Origin: Candidatus Saccharimonadales bacterium
GTDB taxonomy: Bacteria; Patescibacteriota; Patescibacteriia; Patescibacteriales; UBA12465
Direction: 5' to 3'
Assembly (NCBI GenBank): GCA_035646675.1
Contig: DASROX010000025.1
Coordinates: 1 to 35,907 of the forward strand
DNA: 35,907 nt
Shown here: one piece after another, positions 1-9,093 of the stretch
Layout: each line of letters begins with the position of its first letter
Position numbering within the stretch: the first letter of the stretch is position 1
Made by a program: the position numbers and the translations under genes
Notes under the pieces: model-generated
Database searches by the model: none
The model's input: the letters and a program-made list of their open reading frames with translations, nothing else
Told to the model about the DNA's origin: nothing

Positions 1-145
1 ATTCGGCTAAAGTCATGCCTCTTTTTTTGGCGGCTTCGCGCCTTAAACCACCCATATAATAGCGTGGCCAAGCCAGCGTTTCTGCCAATTTCTGGGCAAT
101 AGTGCTTTTTCCGGAACCATGGGCTCCGCTTAGAGATATTATCAT
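1..145 (-). CDS. P-loop nucleoside-monophosphate kinase (cytidylate kinase-like), N-terminal fragment; gene runs off the window start
   Basis: Reverse-strand translation from ATG (complement of 143-145): MIISLSGAHGSGKSTIAQKLAETLAWPRYYMGGLRREAAKKRGMTLAE. It has a Walker A GxxGSGKS and resembles archaeal-type CMP kinases. Confidence 0.6.
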   Translation of the reverse strand, partial: MIISLSGAHGSGKSTIAQKLAETLAWPRYYMGGLRREAAKKRGMTLAE

Positions 146-282
146 ATAAACTATCTTAGCCGAATAACTTTCAAAAATCAATAAATTAACTTATAATAAA
201 AGCAGTTTAAGGCCGTCGGCTGTTTTTGCTTTTAATAATTAAGCTTTCCTGAGACAAAAAATCAGGAATATCCCTATTCGTT

Positions 283-3200
283 ATGTATTTAGAAAAACTG
301 GAAATTCAAGGATTTAAATCTTTTGCCAATAAAAACAAAATAATCTTCTCCGGCATGTTAGACGACACCAAGCGCGGACTCACCGCCATTGTTGGTCCTA
401 ACGGCTCCGGTAAATCCAATGTCGCCGATGCTATCCGTTGGGCGCTCGGCGAACAAAGTATTAAAAGCTTAAGAGGTAAAAAAAGTGAAGATGTTATTTT
501 TTCCGGATCTGACCAAAAGAGTCAATTAAGTTTGGCTGAGGTATCACTCTTTTTAAATAATGAGGAAGTAATCAAAAAAAACGCCAAACAGCCCGAAGAA
601 ATTAAAAAGGAAAGTGATTTGGATCAAATAATTAGTAGCTGTGCGGAAATTGTTATCACCCGTCGTCTATTTCGTAATGGCGAGGGTGAATATTTATTAA
701 ATGGCAGCCGCGTACGCTTGTCAGATATTCAAATGCTACTCGCCAAAGCGAACTTCGGTCAAAAAACTTATAGTGTTATCGGCCAGGGAATGGTAGAAAA
801 CTTTTTAAGCTCTACGACCGCCGAACGCAAAGATTTTTTTGACGAAGCAACCGGCGTTAAACAATTTCAAATCAAACGTGATTCCGCTTTAAATAAATTG
901 GAAGCCAGTTATGAAAATCTCCAACAAGTTGACATGTTGCTGGTAGAAATTAGACCGCGACTTAAGAGTTTAACGAGACAAGTAGAAAAATTAAAACGCC
1001 GCGCCGATATTGAAACCGAACTGAAAAAAACCCAATTCAATTATTATGGTTTCCTGTGGCAAGATATTAATAAAAAGTTAGATACTTTTAACGCCCAGTT
1101 TTTAGATTTAGAAAAAATTAAAATTGAAAGAGAAAAAAAGCTGGAAAAACTAGGCGAAGAACTTAACAAAATTAGAACCACCGATAATTTTAGGGAAATA
1201 AATGAGCTTCAGCCGCGTCTGCGTAATTTAGAAAATCAAAAAGGACAATACCAAAAAAAATTATCCAAACTACAAGCCGAATTGGAAGTCCAATTAGAAA
1301 CTCAAGGGCAATTTGATGTTTCTTGGCTCAATAATAAAGCCGATGAATTGGGAGCCGACCTGGAAAAAATTGGTTTAGAAATTAATTCCTTAGAAAAAAG
1401 CCGTCCTAAATTAGAAGAAGAATCTTTGCTTGCCAAACTACAAGAAATAAATAAAGAAATTACGGGCAGTGAAGAAATCAAACGAACTATTAACCGTTTA
1501 GAGAATGAAAAATTTAATTTTAATAAACAAATTTCCAAATTAGAAGCGGTATTGGAAGCTAATCTGGAAGCTCAAGGCCAGTTTGATGTCTCTTGGCTCA
1601 GTAATAAACAAGAAGAATTAAGCTTGGAACTTAAAAAAATAGAAATTGAGACCAGCGAATTAAATCAAAACAATGATCATAAGAGCAGCCAAGAACTCCA
1701 AGAAAATTTAAACCACATCCAACAAGAGCTAACGACTTTAAACAAAGAGTTAGCCGCAATTAACGACAAAATTAAAGCGGCGGCCAAATCTGGAAGCAAA
1801 GATGAAAAAATCAGCCAAATAATAGAAGAGTTTTTAAACAAATTGGATGGCATTAATTCCACAGCTAACTTAGAGGAAGCTAAAAAATTAATTTTAGAAG
1901 CCAAAATAGATTTTAAAACTAAAATTAAAGCAACGCTCACCGGTGAAAGCGATGAAGATGCCCTCCGTATTCAAAAAATCCAACAAACTATTATCGAGCT
2001 AACTGAAAAACGCCAAGCAGTGAACGAGCATCTTAATGAAGAGCGCTTACGGCTCTCAACAATTAACGAACGTCTGCGATTAACTGCCGAAAAAGAAATC
2101 CAAATTAAAAGAGAGTTGTTTGATATTAAAACAAAACTGGAAAAAGCCGAAATAAAATTTGATGCCGGTAAAATAGAAACAGAAAAAATAATTTTAAATA
2201 AAAAACTGCTGGAAATTGAAAAAGAAATTACCAAACTAGAGTCATCTTATCAAGGAGAAATCTGGCAAGAGAAAAAACAAGCCACTTTAGAACAACTGCA
2301 AATTTGTCGTCTTAAGGATTCAGCCATTAACGAACGCTTAAAACTTTTAGAAGACAAAAAAAATCAAACCAACCAGGAATTAATTGATATTAAAAACAAA
2401 GTTGCCAAAAGCCAAATGAAATTTGACGCTTCCGGTATTGAAAAAGAAAAAACAGCCCTTAATAAATTACTGGAAGAAATCGGAATAGAGGCCACGACTA
2501 TTACTTCTAAATTAGAAGCTCTCAATCAAGATAAAGAAAAAGAAAAAGGACAAATGTTTGAATGCCAAAAAAATATTCAAGCGCTTCAAGAAGATCTTAA
2601 CACGGTCACCGAAAAACTAAATGGTCTTAAAATTGAATCAACCAGACAAGAAACTAAATTGGAAGATTTGGAAAATAATATCAGAAACGATGAACTGTCT
2701 ATTGGTGATATTCAAGCTCATCCGGTTGAAGGTAGCATCGATAATCTATCATACTGGCAAAAGATTCTCGCTAATAGCAAAAATCAACTAGAACAAATAG
2801 GTGGCCTTGATCCAGAAACCGAAAAAGAATACGAAGATACAAAAACTCGCTATGACTTCTTGAGCAATCAAACCGAGGACCTTAATCAAGCAGTCAAATC
2901 CTTAGAACAAATAATCTATGAGCTTGACGGTAATATCAAGAGTCGTTTTGACCAAGAATTTAAAATAATTTCCGAAAAATTTAATGATTATTTTAAAATT
3001 CTCTTTAGCGGCGGTTCCGCCAAAATAACTAAAATTCTAGTTGAAGATTTAGAGAAGGAAGATGCTAAAAATAATGGTAATAAATCAGAGGATATTAATC
3101 AGGGACTAACTGCCGCTGAAATAGAGCTGAAACGGATGCAGGAAGAAAAAATGAAAAAAATTAAATTCCTCAAAAAATACAACGCGGTTGGCTTAGCCGG

Positions 3201-3564
3201 CATTGAAATTCAAGCTACTCCTCCGGGCAAAAAAATTCAAACCGTCACTATGCTCTCCGGCGGCGAACGTGCTTTAACCGCTATCGCCCTTATCTGCGCC
3301 ATCATCAGCGCCAATCCATCTCCATTTGTAGTTTTAGATGAAGTTGACGCCGCTCTGGACGAATCTAATTCCGAACGCTTAGCGAGAATTTTAGATGACT
3401 TATCAGATAAAACTCAATTTATTGTTATTACTCATAACCGCGCTTCCATGCGTCGCGCTAGCATTCTTTACGGCGTCACCATGCAAGCCGATGGTGTCAG
3501 TAAGTTATTAAGCGTCAAATTAGACGAACTCCAAAAAGATAATAAAAATTTAGAAAAACTTTAA
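283..3564 (+). CDS. smc: SMC chromosome-condensation ATPase (atypical: no recognisable hinge domain)
   Basis: N-terminus LEIQGFKSF...GPNGSGKSN (Walker A). C-terminus LSGGERALTAIAL (signature) and FVVLDEVDAALD (Walker B). About 750 aa of K/E/L-rich heptad-like sequence lies between the two. Confidence 0.9.
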   Translation: MYLEKLEIQGFKSFANKNKIIFSGMLDDTKRGLTAIVGPNGSGKSNVADAIRWALGEQSIKSLRGKKSEDVIFSGSDQKSQLSLAEVSLFLNNEEVIKKNAKQPEEIKKESDLDQIISSCAEIVITRRLFRNGEGEYLLNGSRVRLSDIQMLLAKANFGQKTYSVIGQGMVENFLSSTTAERKDFFDEATGVKQFQIKRDSALNKLEASYENLQQVDMLLVEIRPRLKSLTRQVEKLKRRADIETELKKTQFNYYGFLWQDINKKLDTFNAQFLDLEKIKIEREKKLEKLGEELNKIRTTDNFREINELQPRLRNLENQKGQYQKKLSKLQAELEVQLETQGQFDVSWLNNKADELGADLEKIGLEINSLEKSRPKLEEESLLAKLQEINKEITGSEEIKRTINRLENEKFNFNKQISKLEAVLEANLEAQGQFDVSWLSNKQEELSLELKKIEIETSELNQNNDHKSSQELQENLNHIQQELTTLNKELAAINDKIKAAAKSGSKDEKISQIIEEFLNKLDGINSTANLEEAKKLILEAKIDFKTKIKATLTGESDEDALRIQKIQQTIIELTEKRQAVNEHLNEERLRLSTINERLRLTAEKEIQIKRELFDIKTKLEKAEIKFDAGKIETEKIILNKKLLEIEKEITKLESSYQGEIWQEKKQATLEQLQICRLKDSAINERLKLLEDKKNQTNQELIDIKNKVAKSQMKFDASGIEKEKTALNKLLEEIGIEATTITSKLEALNQDKEKEKGQMFECQKNIQALQEDLNTVTEKLNGLKIESTRQETKLEDLENNIRNDELSIGDIQAHPVEGSIDNLSYWQKILANSKNQLEQIGGLDPETEKEYEDTKTRYDFLSNQTEDLNQAVKSLEQIIYELDGNIKSRFDQEFKIISEKFNDYFKILFSGGSAKITKILVEDLEKEDAKNNGNKSEDINQGLTAAEIELKRMQEEKMKKIKFLKKYNAVGLAGIEIQATPPGKKIQTVTMLSGGERALTAIALICAIISANPSPFVVLDEVDAALDESNSERLARILDDLSDKTQFIVITHNRASMRRASILYGVTMQADGVSKLLSVKLDELQKDNKNLEKL
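1278..1670 (+). repeat. In-frame duplicated module in the SMC N-terminal arm (copies at ~1278-1400 and ~1548-1670, offset 270 nt = 90 aa)
   Basis: LEVQLETQGQFDVSWLNNKADELGADLEKIGLEINSLEKS versus LEANLEAQGQFDVSWLSNKQEELSLELKKIEIETSELNQ. The nucleotide strings attggaag...tcttggctca recur at 1281 and 1551. Confidence 0.85.
2056..2517 (+). repeat. In-frame duplicated module in the SMC C-terminal arm (copies at ~2056-2241 and ~2320-2517, offset 264 nt = 88 aa)
   Basis: STINERLRLTAEKEIQIKRELFDIKTKLEKAEIKFDAGKIETEKIILNKKLLEIE versus SAINERLKLLEDKKNQTNQELIDIKNKVAKSQMKFDASGIEKEKTALNKLLEEIG. Confidence 0.85.
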
Positions 3565-3592
3565 CGCCAATTTATTAAGCTTTCGCTATATT

Positions 3593-3626
3593 AAAATCGT
3601 CCCCAACAAGGACGATTTTATGTTTT
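3593..3626 (+). terminator. Intrinsic terminator after smc
   Basis: aaaatcgtcc / ggacgatttt forms a 10-bp stem with loop ccaacaa, followed by a T-rich tract. Confidence 0.6.
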
Positions 3627-3642
3627 AAGTATCCCTAGACAA

Positions 3643-5163
3643 ATGGCTAGTAAAATATTATCGGCGGTTATTATCGGCATTGATGCCGAGCTCGTAGAAA
3701 TTGAAGCTTCACTAGGAGGCGGTGATTTTGGACAAATAATAATTGTGGGCTTACCGGATACGGCCGTATCCGAAGCTAAAGAAAGGGTTAGAAGCGCCAT
3801 TTTAAATAGTGGTTTCGAATTCCCAAAAAGGAAAATAACTATTAATCTAGCGCCAGCTGATTTAAAAAAGAGTGGCCCTATCTATGATTTACCAATAACC
3901 ATCAGTATTCTGGCTTTAAAATATAAATTTAATTTTGATTTTTCGAAATGTTTAATCGCGGGAGAACTGTCTTTAAGCGGAGAAGTGAGAAAAATAAAAG
4001 GAGCAATTTTAATGGCCATTAAAGCTAAGGAGAGCGGGTTGGATGCAATTTTTCTGCCACCAGAAAATATTCAAGAAGCTGGACTCGTCACTGGTCTTAA
4101 AATTTTTCCAGTTAACAACTTAAAACAATTAATTAAACATCTACTGGGCCAAGAAACAATTACTACGGCTAGTTATCAAATTTTTGAGACTAAACCAATA
4201 AATCTAATTCAATTCTCCGATATCAAGGGGCAAGAAAAAGCTAAACGCGCTTTAGAGATTGCCATCGCCGGCGGACACAACATTCTATTTAGCGGTCCTC
4301 CTGGCTCTGGAAAAACTATGTTAGCTAAAGCAGCGGCCAGTATTTTACCGCCTCTAAACACCTGGGAAAAACTAGAAATATCTAAAATCTACAGTGCTGC
4401 CAGTAATGTTTTGGGAAATAAAATAAGTTTTTCATTGCCGATAACTAGCCGTCCTTTCCGCTCACCACATCACAGCGCCTCTGCCGCCGCCCTTATCGGT
4501 GGGGGCTCTAAATGTCGCCCCGGAGAAATTTCCTTAGCTCACTTAGGAATTCTTTTCTTGGATGAATTTCCAGAATTCTCTCGTCAGGCCCTAGAAAGTT
4601 TACGACAACCCTTGGAAGAAGGAGCAATAACTATTAGCCGTGCCCAGGGAAATTTAAATTTACCAGCTCGTTTTATGCTAATTGCGGCCATGAATCTCTG
4701 CCCTTGTGGATTTCTAGGAATAAAGGGGAAAGAATGTACTTGCACAACCGAAAAAATTAAAAAATATCACCAAAAACTTTCTGGACCAATTCTAGACAGA
4801 ATTGATTTATATGTAGAAGTCATAAATCTCACACCGTCAGAATTAGAAAATATTGATTATCAGAATGACACCAAAATTATCAAAGACAGAATCAATGAAG
4901 CTCGTCAAAAACAGGCCCTTAGACTTAACCCGCTTTGCCCGGCCATTAATGCCATTATTCCTTCAAGCCAAATAAAAAATCTCTGCCAACTTGATAAATC
5001 TGGAATTGACCTAATAAACTTGGCAACTAATAGCTTGAATTTTTCTAACCGTTCGTACTTTAAAATTTTAAAAGTAGCCCGCACAATTGCTGATTTAGAT
5101 AAAAGTGAATCAGTTAAAGAGAGCCATCTCGCGGAGGCCTTACAATATCGAATCCGACTTTGA
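3643..5163 (+). CDS. comM: YifB/ComM family Mg-chelatase-like AAA+ ATPase
   Basis: N-terminal Lon-like domain (GLPDTAVSEAKERVRSAI, INLAPADLKKSGPIYDLPI). Walker A GPPGSGKTM and Walker B ILFLDEF. Cys cluster CPCG...CTC. Confidence 0.9.
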   Translation: MASKILSAVIIGIDAELVEIEASLGGGDFGQIIIVGLPDTAVSEAKERVRSAILNSGFEFPKRKITINLAPADLKKSGPIYDLPITISILALKYKFNFDFSKCLIAGELSLSGEVRKIKGAILMAIKAKESGLDAIFLPPENIQEAGLVTGLKIFPVNNLKQLIKHLLGQETITTASYQIFETKPINLIQFSDIKGQEKAKRALEIAIAGGHNILFSGPPGSGKTMLAKAAASILPPLNTWEKLEISKIYSAASNVLGNKISFSLPITSRPFRSPHHSASAAALIGGGSKCRPGEISLAHLGILFLDEFPEFSRQALESLRQPLEEGAITISRAQGNLNLPARFMLIAAMNLCPCGFLGIKGKECTCTTEKIKKYHQKLSGPILDRIDLYVEVINLTPSELENIDYQNDTKIIKDRINEARQKQALRLNPLCPAINAIIPSSQIKNLCQLDKSGIDLINLATNSLNFSNRSYFKILKVARTIADLDKSESVKESHLAEALQYRIRL

Positions 5164-5213
5164 ATAATAAGTTATTTTTTGTTATAATGAAAGCAGATAA
5201 ATTAGCTAAAATT

Positions 5214-6596
5214 ATGTTCAAAAAAATAACTATTCTGACGCTGTTAATGACTTTTTTGTTAACCTCTGGATTTGGTTGCAAAGTTAAAAACCAAGCCACG
5301 GTCGCCGCCACCGAACCAATAACCTTAACTTATTGGCGAGTTTATGATGGACAAGATGCTTTTGATAAAATTATTGAAAACTATCAAATATTACACCCGT
5401 TTATCCACATTGAATATCGAAAATTACGTTATGAAGAATATGAGAATGAGCTTCTAAATGCTCTCGCCGAAGACAGGGGTCCTGATATATTCTCTATTCA
5501 CAATACCTGGGTTAGAAAATATCAATCAAAAATTGCGCCCATGCCAGAATCAATTACCATCGCTTATATGGTTACTCAAGGAACCATTAAAACCGAAATA
5601 GTTCCCGAACTTAGAACCTCGCGCAGTTTAACCCTTAAAGAAATTAGAGACAACTTCGTAGATGTGGTTGGTAAGGATGTAGTCTTAAGCGATAATAAAG
5701 TTTATGGGCTTCCGTTATCAGTTGATACCTTGGCCATGTTTTATAATAAAGATTTATTAAATAATGCTGGAATTAGCGAGGCCCCAAAATATTGGAATCG
5801 CGAATTTTTACAAACTATTAAAAAACTTACCAAACAAGACGCTAAAAAAGGGCTTATTCAATCAGGAATTGCAATGGGTGGCAGTGCTAATATTGAGAGA
5901 TTTAGTGATATCTTAGCGGTATTAATGATGCAAAATGGAGCCACTATAATAAACGATGATAACCAAGTAGTATTTAACGTTGTGCCGGATTTTGCTAGAG
6001 ATACGGGTTATAATCCCGGTCTAGAGGCCTTGAGATTCTATACTGATTTTGCCAACCCCACCAAAGAATCGTACTCCTGGAATAGTGATTTAGAAAATTC
6101 TTTAAACATGTTTATTAACGGTAATTTAGCAATTATGTTCGGCTATTCCTATCATATCCCATTAATAAAAGCCGGCGCGCCAAAATTAAATTTTTCCGTC
6201 GCTAAATTTCCACAAATTGAGGGAAATCCACCAACTAACATCAACTTTGCTAATTACTGGATAGAAACCGTTTCTAAAAAAAGTAAACATTCGGTTGAAG
6301 CTTGGGACTTTATTCAATTCATAACTAAAGAGGAGCAAGCAAAAAATTATTTAGAGGTCACCAAAAAGCCAACCGCTCTCAGATCTTTAATTTCTACCCA
6401 AAAAACAGATAATGAAATCAGTGTCTTTGTGGACCAAATTTTAACTGCTAAAAGTTGGTATCGTGGTGCTAATGTCCAGGCCGCCGAAGATGCTATCAAA
6501 GAAATGATTGATGCGGTTGTTAATAATACTAACGAAAAAACACAAAGTGTTATTAATATTGCTGCCTCTAAAGTCCAACAAACTATTAACCAGTAA
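5214..6596 (+). CDS. Extracellular solute-binding lipoprotein (ABC family 1, sugar type), orphan
   Basis: The ATG at 5214 gives MFKKITILTLLMTFLLTSGFGC, a lipoprotein signal ending in Cys. The body (YWRVYDGQDAF..., DIFSIHNTW) is typical of sugar SBPs. The ORF-track start at 5160 is a TTG overlapping the comM stop. Confidence 0.7.
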   Translation: MFKKITILTLLMTFLLTSGFGCKVKNQATVAATEPITLTYWRVYDGQDAFDKIIENYQILHPFIHIEYRKLRYEEYENELLNALAEDRGPDIFSIHNTWVRKYQSKIAPMPESITIAYMVTQGTIKTEIVPELRTSRSLTLKEIRDNFVDVVGKDVVLSDNKVYGLPLSVDTLAMFYNKDLLNNAGISEAPKYWNREFLQTIKKLTKQDAKKGLIQSGIAMGGSANIERFSDILAVLMMQNGATIINDDNQVVFNVVPDFARDTGYNPGLEALRFYTDFANPTKESYSWNSDLENSLNMFINGNLAIMFGYSYHIPLIKAGAPKLNFSVAKFPQIEGNPPTNINFANYWIETVSKKSKHSVEAWDFIQFITKEEQAKNYLEVTKKPTALRSLISTQKTDNEISVFVDQILTAKSWYRGANVQAAEDAIKEMIDAVVNNTNEKTQSVINIAASKVQQTINQ

Positions 6597-6601
6597 TCTT
6601 T

Positions 6602-7060
6602 ATGTTTAAAAAAACTATTGTAACTTTAATACTGGCCTCAATAATGTTTATTGGCGCCGTTAATATCGTAACGGCCGCCGGACTAGTTCCCGAAGCGAGC
6701 GGTAGCGCCTGCGATAAAGGCGATGCGACCTATTGTGGAAATTATACTCTTAATGACTTCATAAAGCTGGCAATTTTAGCCTCCCAATGGATATTGGGTA
6801 TTGTCGGTTCCTTATCACTGATAATGTTTATTTATGGCGGTTTTATGTTCCTAATTTCTTCCGGTTCTAGCGATAAGGTTGGGCAAGCCAAAAAAATCAT
6901 CATCGCTGCCGTTATTGGTTTAATTATTGTGTTCTCCAGTTATTTAATTATTAGATTTGTTACTGGTGCCTTGGGAGCTAATAGCGAATACCAGTTGGGT
7001 GCAAAATCAACTACTATCATCGAAGATGCGTCAACTATAAAATTACAACAACAGAACTAG
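6602..7060 (+). CDS. Divergent seventh member of the secreted two-helix pilin-like family
   Basis: Signal peptide (..NIVTA|AG), Cys pair (C37, C45), then hydrophobic helix - GGFMFLISSGSSDKVGQAKK - hydrophobic helix. Same architecture as 11549-14090, but WM becomes FL and GNE becomes GSS. Confidence 0.6.
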   Translation: MFKKTIVTLILASIMFIGAVNIVTAAGLVPEASGSACDKGDATYCGNYTLNDFIKLAILASQWILGIVGSLSLIMFIYGGFMFLISSGSSDKVGQAKKIIIAAVIGLIIVFSSYLIIRFVTGALGANSEYQLGAKSTTIIEDASTIKLQQQN

Positions 7061-7064
7061 GACC

Positions 7065-7724
7065 ATGACTTATTTTACTCCCAAAAAACTGATTTCTGAA
7101 GACAGTATCGGTGAAGAATTAAGACGGCTAAGAACTTTTAAAAATTTAGGAGTAGATGAAGTGTCCCAAAAACTGGGGATTAGAAGTGATTATTTGCTAG
7201 CGCTGGAGGAAGAAAATTTTAATTCACTGCCCGCAGGTTTATATGGTAAAAATTTTCTTAAGAAGTATGCGGATTTCTTAGGCGCTGATAAAAATTTAGT
7301 CGCTAAATTTTTACAAGAAGCTAGCGACGACAGAATTGAAAATAATCCCTTTTCCCAAAAAATCTTGAAAAAAAATAAATTTTTAATTTTTCCTAAAATC
7401 GTCAGAAATTTATTACTGAGTCTCGCTGTTCTTATTTGTTTCTTATACTTAATTTTTTATTTTAAAAAAATAGTCCTACCGCCCAATTTAATTGTCAGCC
7501 AACCGGGAAAAAACTTAATGATTACGGAATCTTCAATCTTAATTGCCGGCAAAACCGAAAAAGAAGCAGAAGTTAGAATTAATGGTGAGCTAATACTTAA
7601 TAATAACGATGGCGACTTTTCCCAAATGATAAATTTAAAAAAAGGAGTAAACACCCTAATTATTAGCTCTAAAAAGAAGTATAGCCAAGAGAACATTATC
7701 CTCAGACAAATCTTAGTAGAATAG
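7065..7724 (+). CDS. RodZ-like HTH (XRE-type) membrane protein
   Basis: N-terminal HTH (LRRLRTFKNLGVDEVSQKLGIRSDYLLALEEENF), a single TM (LLLSLAVLICFLYLIFYF) and a beta-rich extracytoplasmic C-terminus. Confidence 0.55.
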   Translation: MTYFTPKKLISEDSIGEELRRLRTFKNLGVDEVSQKLGIRSDYLLALEEENFNSLPAGLYGKNFLKKYADFLGADKNLVAKFLQEASDDRIENNPFSQKILKKNKFLIFPKIVRNLLLSLAVLICFLYLIFYFKKIVLPPNLIVSQPGKNLMITESSILIAGKTEKEAEVRINGELILNNNDGDFSQMINLKKGVNTLIISSKKKYSQENIILRQILVE

Positions 7725-7737
7725 TTATAAAAAGTTT

Positions 7738-8289
7738 ATGTTAGAGATAAAAAAAACAGCCCTATTTGACATTGCGGAAATTTTGAATAAAATAGCCGTA
7801 AGGGAGAGACAACAAGTCGCCGAACTTGGATGCGGTAACTTTGGCTTTTTTACTTTCCCACTAGCCCGCTTAGTAGGTCGCTCCGGCAAGGTCTACGCCG
7901 TTGATATTTTAAAATCTACCTTAACGGAAATTAAAGATCGGGCCACTAAAGAGAATCTGCCGCAAATTATCCCTATTTGGAGCAATTTGGAAGTATTTAA
8001 AGCCACTAAAATAGAAACCGAGAGTCTAGATAAAGCACTATTAATTAACGTTTTACACCAATCAGAAAAGAGGGCAGAAATAATTAGAGAAGCCTATAGA
8101 ATGTTAAAACGTGGCGGATATTTAATGATTGTGGAATGGAGTAGTGCTGATTCGCCTTTAGGCCCTAAGCCGGAAAAAAGATTAAAACTCGAATCGCTAA
8201 AAATTGCCGCCAAAAAATTAGGCTTTGATATTCAAGAGGAATTCGTCGCCGGCCCCTATCATTATGGATTATTACTAATTAAATTATAA
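7738..8289 (+). CDS. Class I SAM-dependent methyltransferase
   Basis: Motif I VAELGCGNFGFF and post-I YAVDI; small Rossmann-size protein. Confidence 0.7.
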   Translation: MLEIKKTALFDIAEILNKIAVRERQQVAELGCGNFGFFTFPLARLVGRSGKVYAVDILKSTLTEIKDRATKENLPQIIPIWSNLEVFKATKIETESLDKALLINVLHQSEKRAEIIREAYRMLKRGGYLMIVEWSSADSPLGPKPEKRLKLESLKIAAKKLGFDIQEEFVAGPYHYGLLLIKL

Positions 8290-8291
8290 GT

Positions 8292-8675
8292 ATGAAAAAC
8301 CTGTTCACTTGGAAATACTGGTTTACCGTTAACCCGGAACCGTTAACCGCTCTCGCTTTTAAAGTTTTAATCGCGATTATTGTCTTATTATTACTGGCTG
8401 CTATTATAACGGCTATTTATAAAAGACGCAGCGGCTTATACCGCGGGGTATTAAAAAAAATGTATAATCTTTCCGCCGTTAACTTTATTATCGGTTTGAT
8501 TATCCTCTTCTTTAATTATGAGAACGTGCCTTTTTTCGCCTCCCGAATGTGGCTCGGCTTTTGGGTTTTAGAAATAATAATTTGGAAGCTCTTTATCATT
8601 AAAAGCTTGTGCGCTATACCTAAAAAGAAAAAAGCACTGGAGGCCGAAAAAGAACTAAAGAAATATCTTCCGTAA
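8292..8675 (+). CDS. Small membrane protein, unknown function
   Basis: Three hydrophobic segments and a lysine-rich tail; start is 3 nt after the upstream stop. Confidence 0.5.
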   Translation: MKNLFTWKYWFTVNPEPLTALAFKVLIAIIVLLLLAAIITAIYKRRSGLYRGVLKKMYNLSAVNFIIGLIILFFNYENVPFFASRMWLGFWVLEIIIWKLFIIKSLCAIPKKKKALEAEKELKKYLP

Positions 8676-8702
8676 ATAAAAACCTATTATACAATTAACT
8701 TG

Positions 8703-8732
8703 ATAAAGCTTCTTATAGGGGCTTTATTTTTT
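8703..8732 (+). terminator. Intrinsic terminator
   Basis: ataaagc / gctttat forms a 7-bp stem followed by a T6 run. Confidence 0.5.
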
Positions 8733-8736
8733 AACT

Positions 8737-9093
8737 ATGCCCAAAAACATTATTGGTCATTTTGGAGAAAATTTGGCCTGCGCTTACTTGCAAAATAAAA
8801 ACTATCAGATTTTAGAACGCAATTACCATCTAGGACATTTGGAGCTAGACATTATCAGCTCTAAAGATGGCCAAATCTTCTTATTTGAAATTAAAACACG
8901 GCGCTACCTACAAACTAAAATTGAAGAAACTTTAATTAGCAAAAACCAAATAGCTAATTTAAAAAAAGCGGCTATTCGTTATGCCGCTAATCAGCGTTTA
9001 AATTTTAATCTAATCCACTTTGATTTAATTTTAATAATTTTAAACTATCAACAAAATCGTGCCCAATTTAAACATTACCGAGATATTTTTTAA
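8737..9093 (+). CDS. yraN: YraN family (UPF0102) endonuclease-like protein
   Basis: GENLACAYLQNKNYQILERNY...ELDIIS...FLFEIKTR, a PD-(D/E)xK-like core. Confidence 0.8.
   Translation: MPKNIIGHFGENLACAYLQNKNYQILERNYHLGHLELDIISSKDGQIFLFEIKTRRYLQTKIEETLISKNQIANLKKAAIRYAANQRLNFNLIHFDLILIILNYQQNRAQFKHYRDIF

Noticed and set aside
1302-2234. Three antisense ORFs (78-87 aa) inside smc
   Set aside because: They lie fully within a confidently identified gene. Their translations are Ser/Leu/Phe-rich mirror images of a K/E-rich coiled coil, which is a typical antisense artefact.
5160-5213. Longer N-terminus of the solute-binding protein from a TTG at 5160
   Set aside because: It overlaps the comM stop and adds a non-signal prefix. 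The ATG at 5214 yields a textbook lipoprotein signal peptide.
9068-9093. 26-bp convergent overlap of the yraN and GT2 3' ends
   Set aside because: This is common in compact genomes. No extra signal such as a hairpin or frameshift motif was seen.
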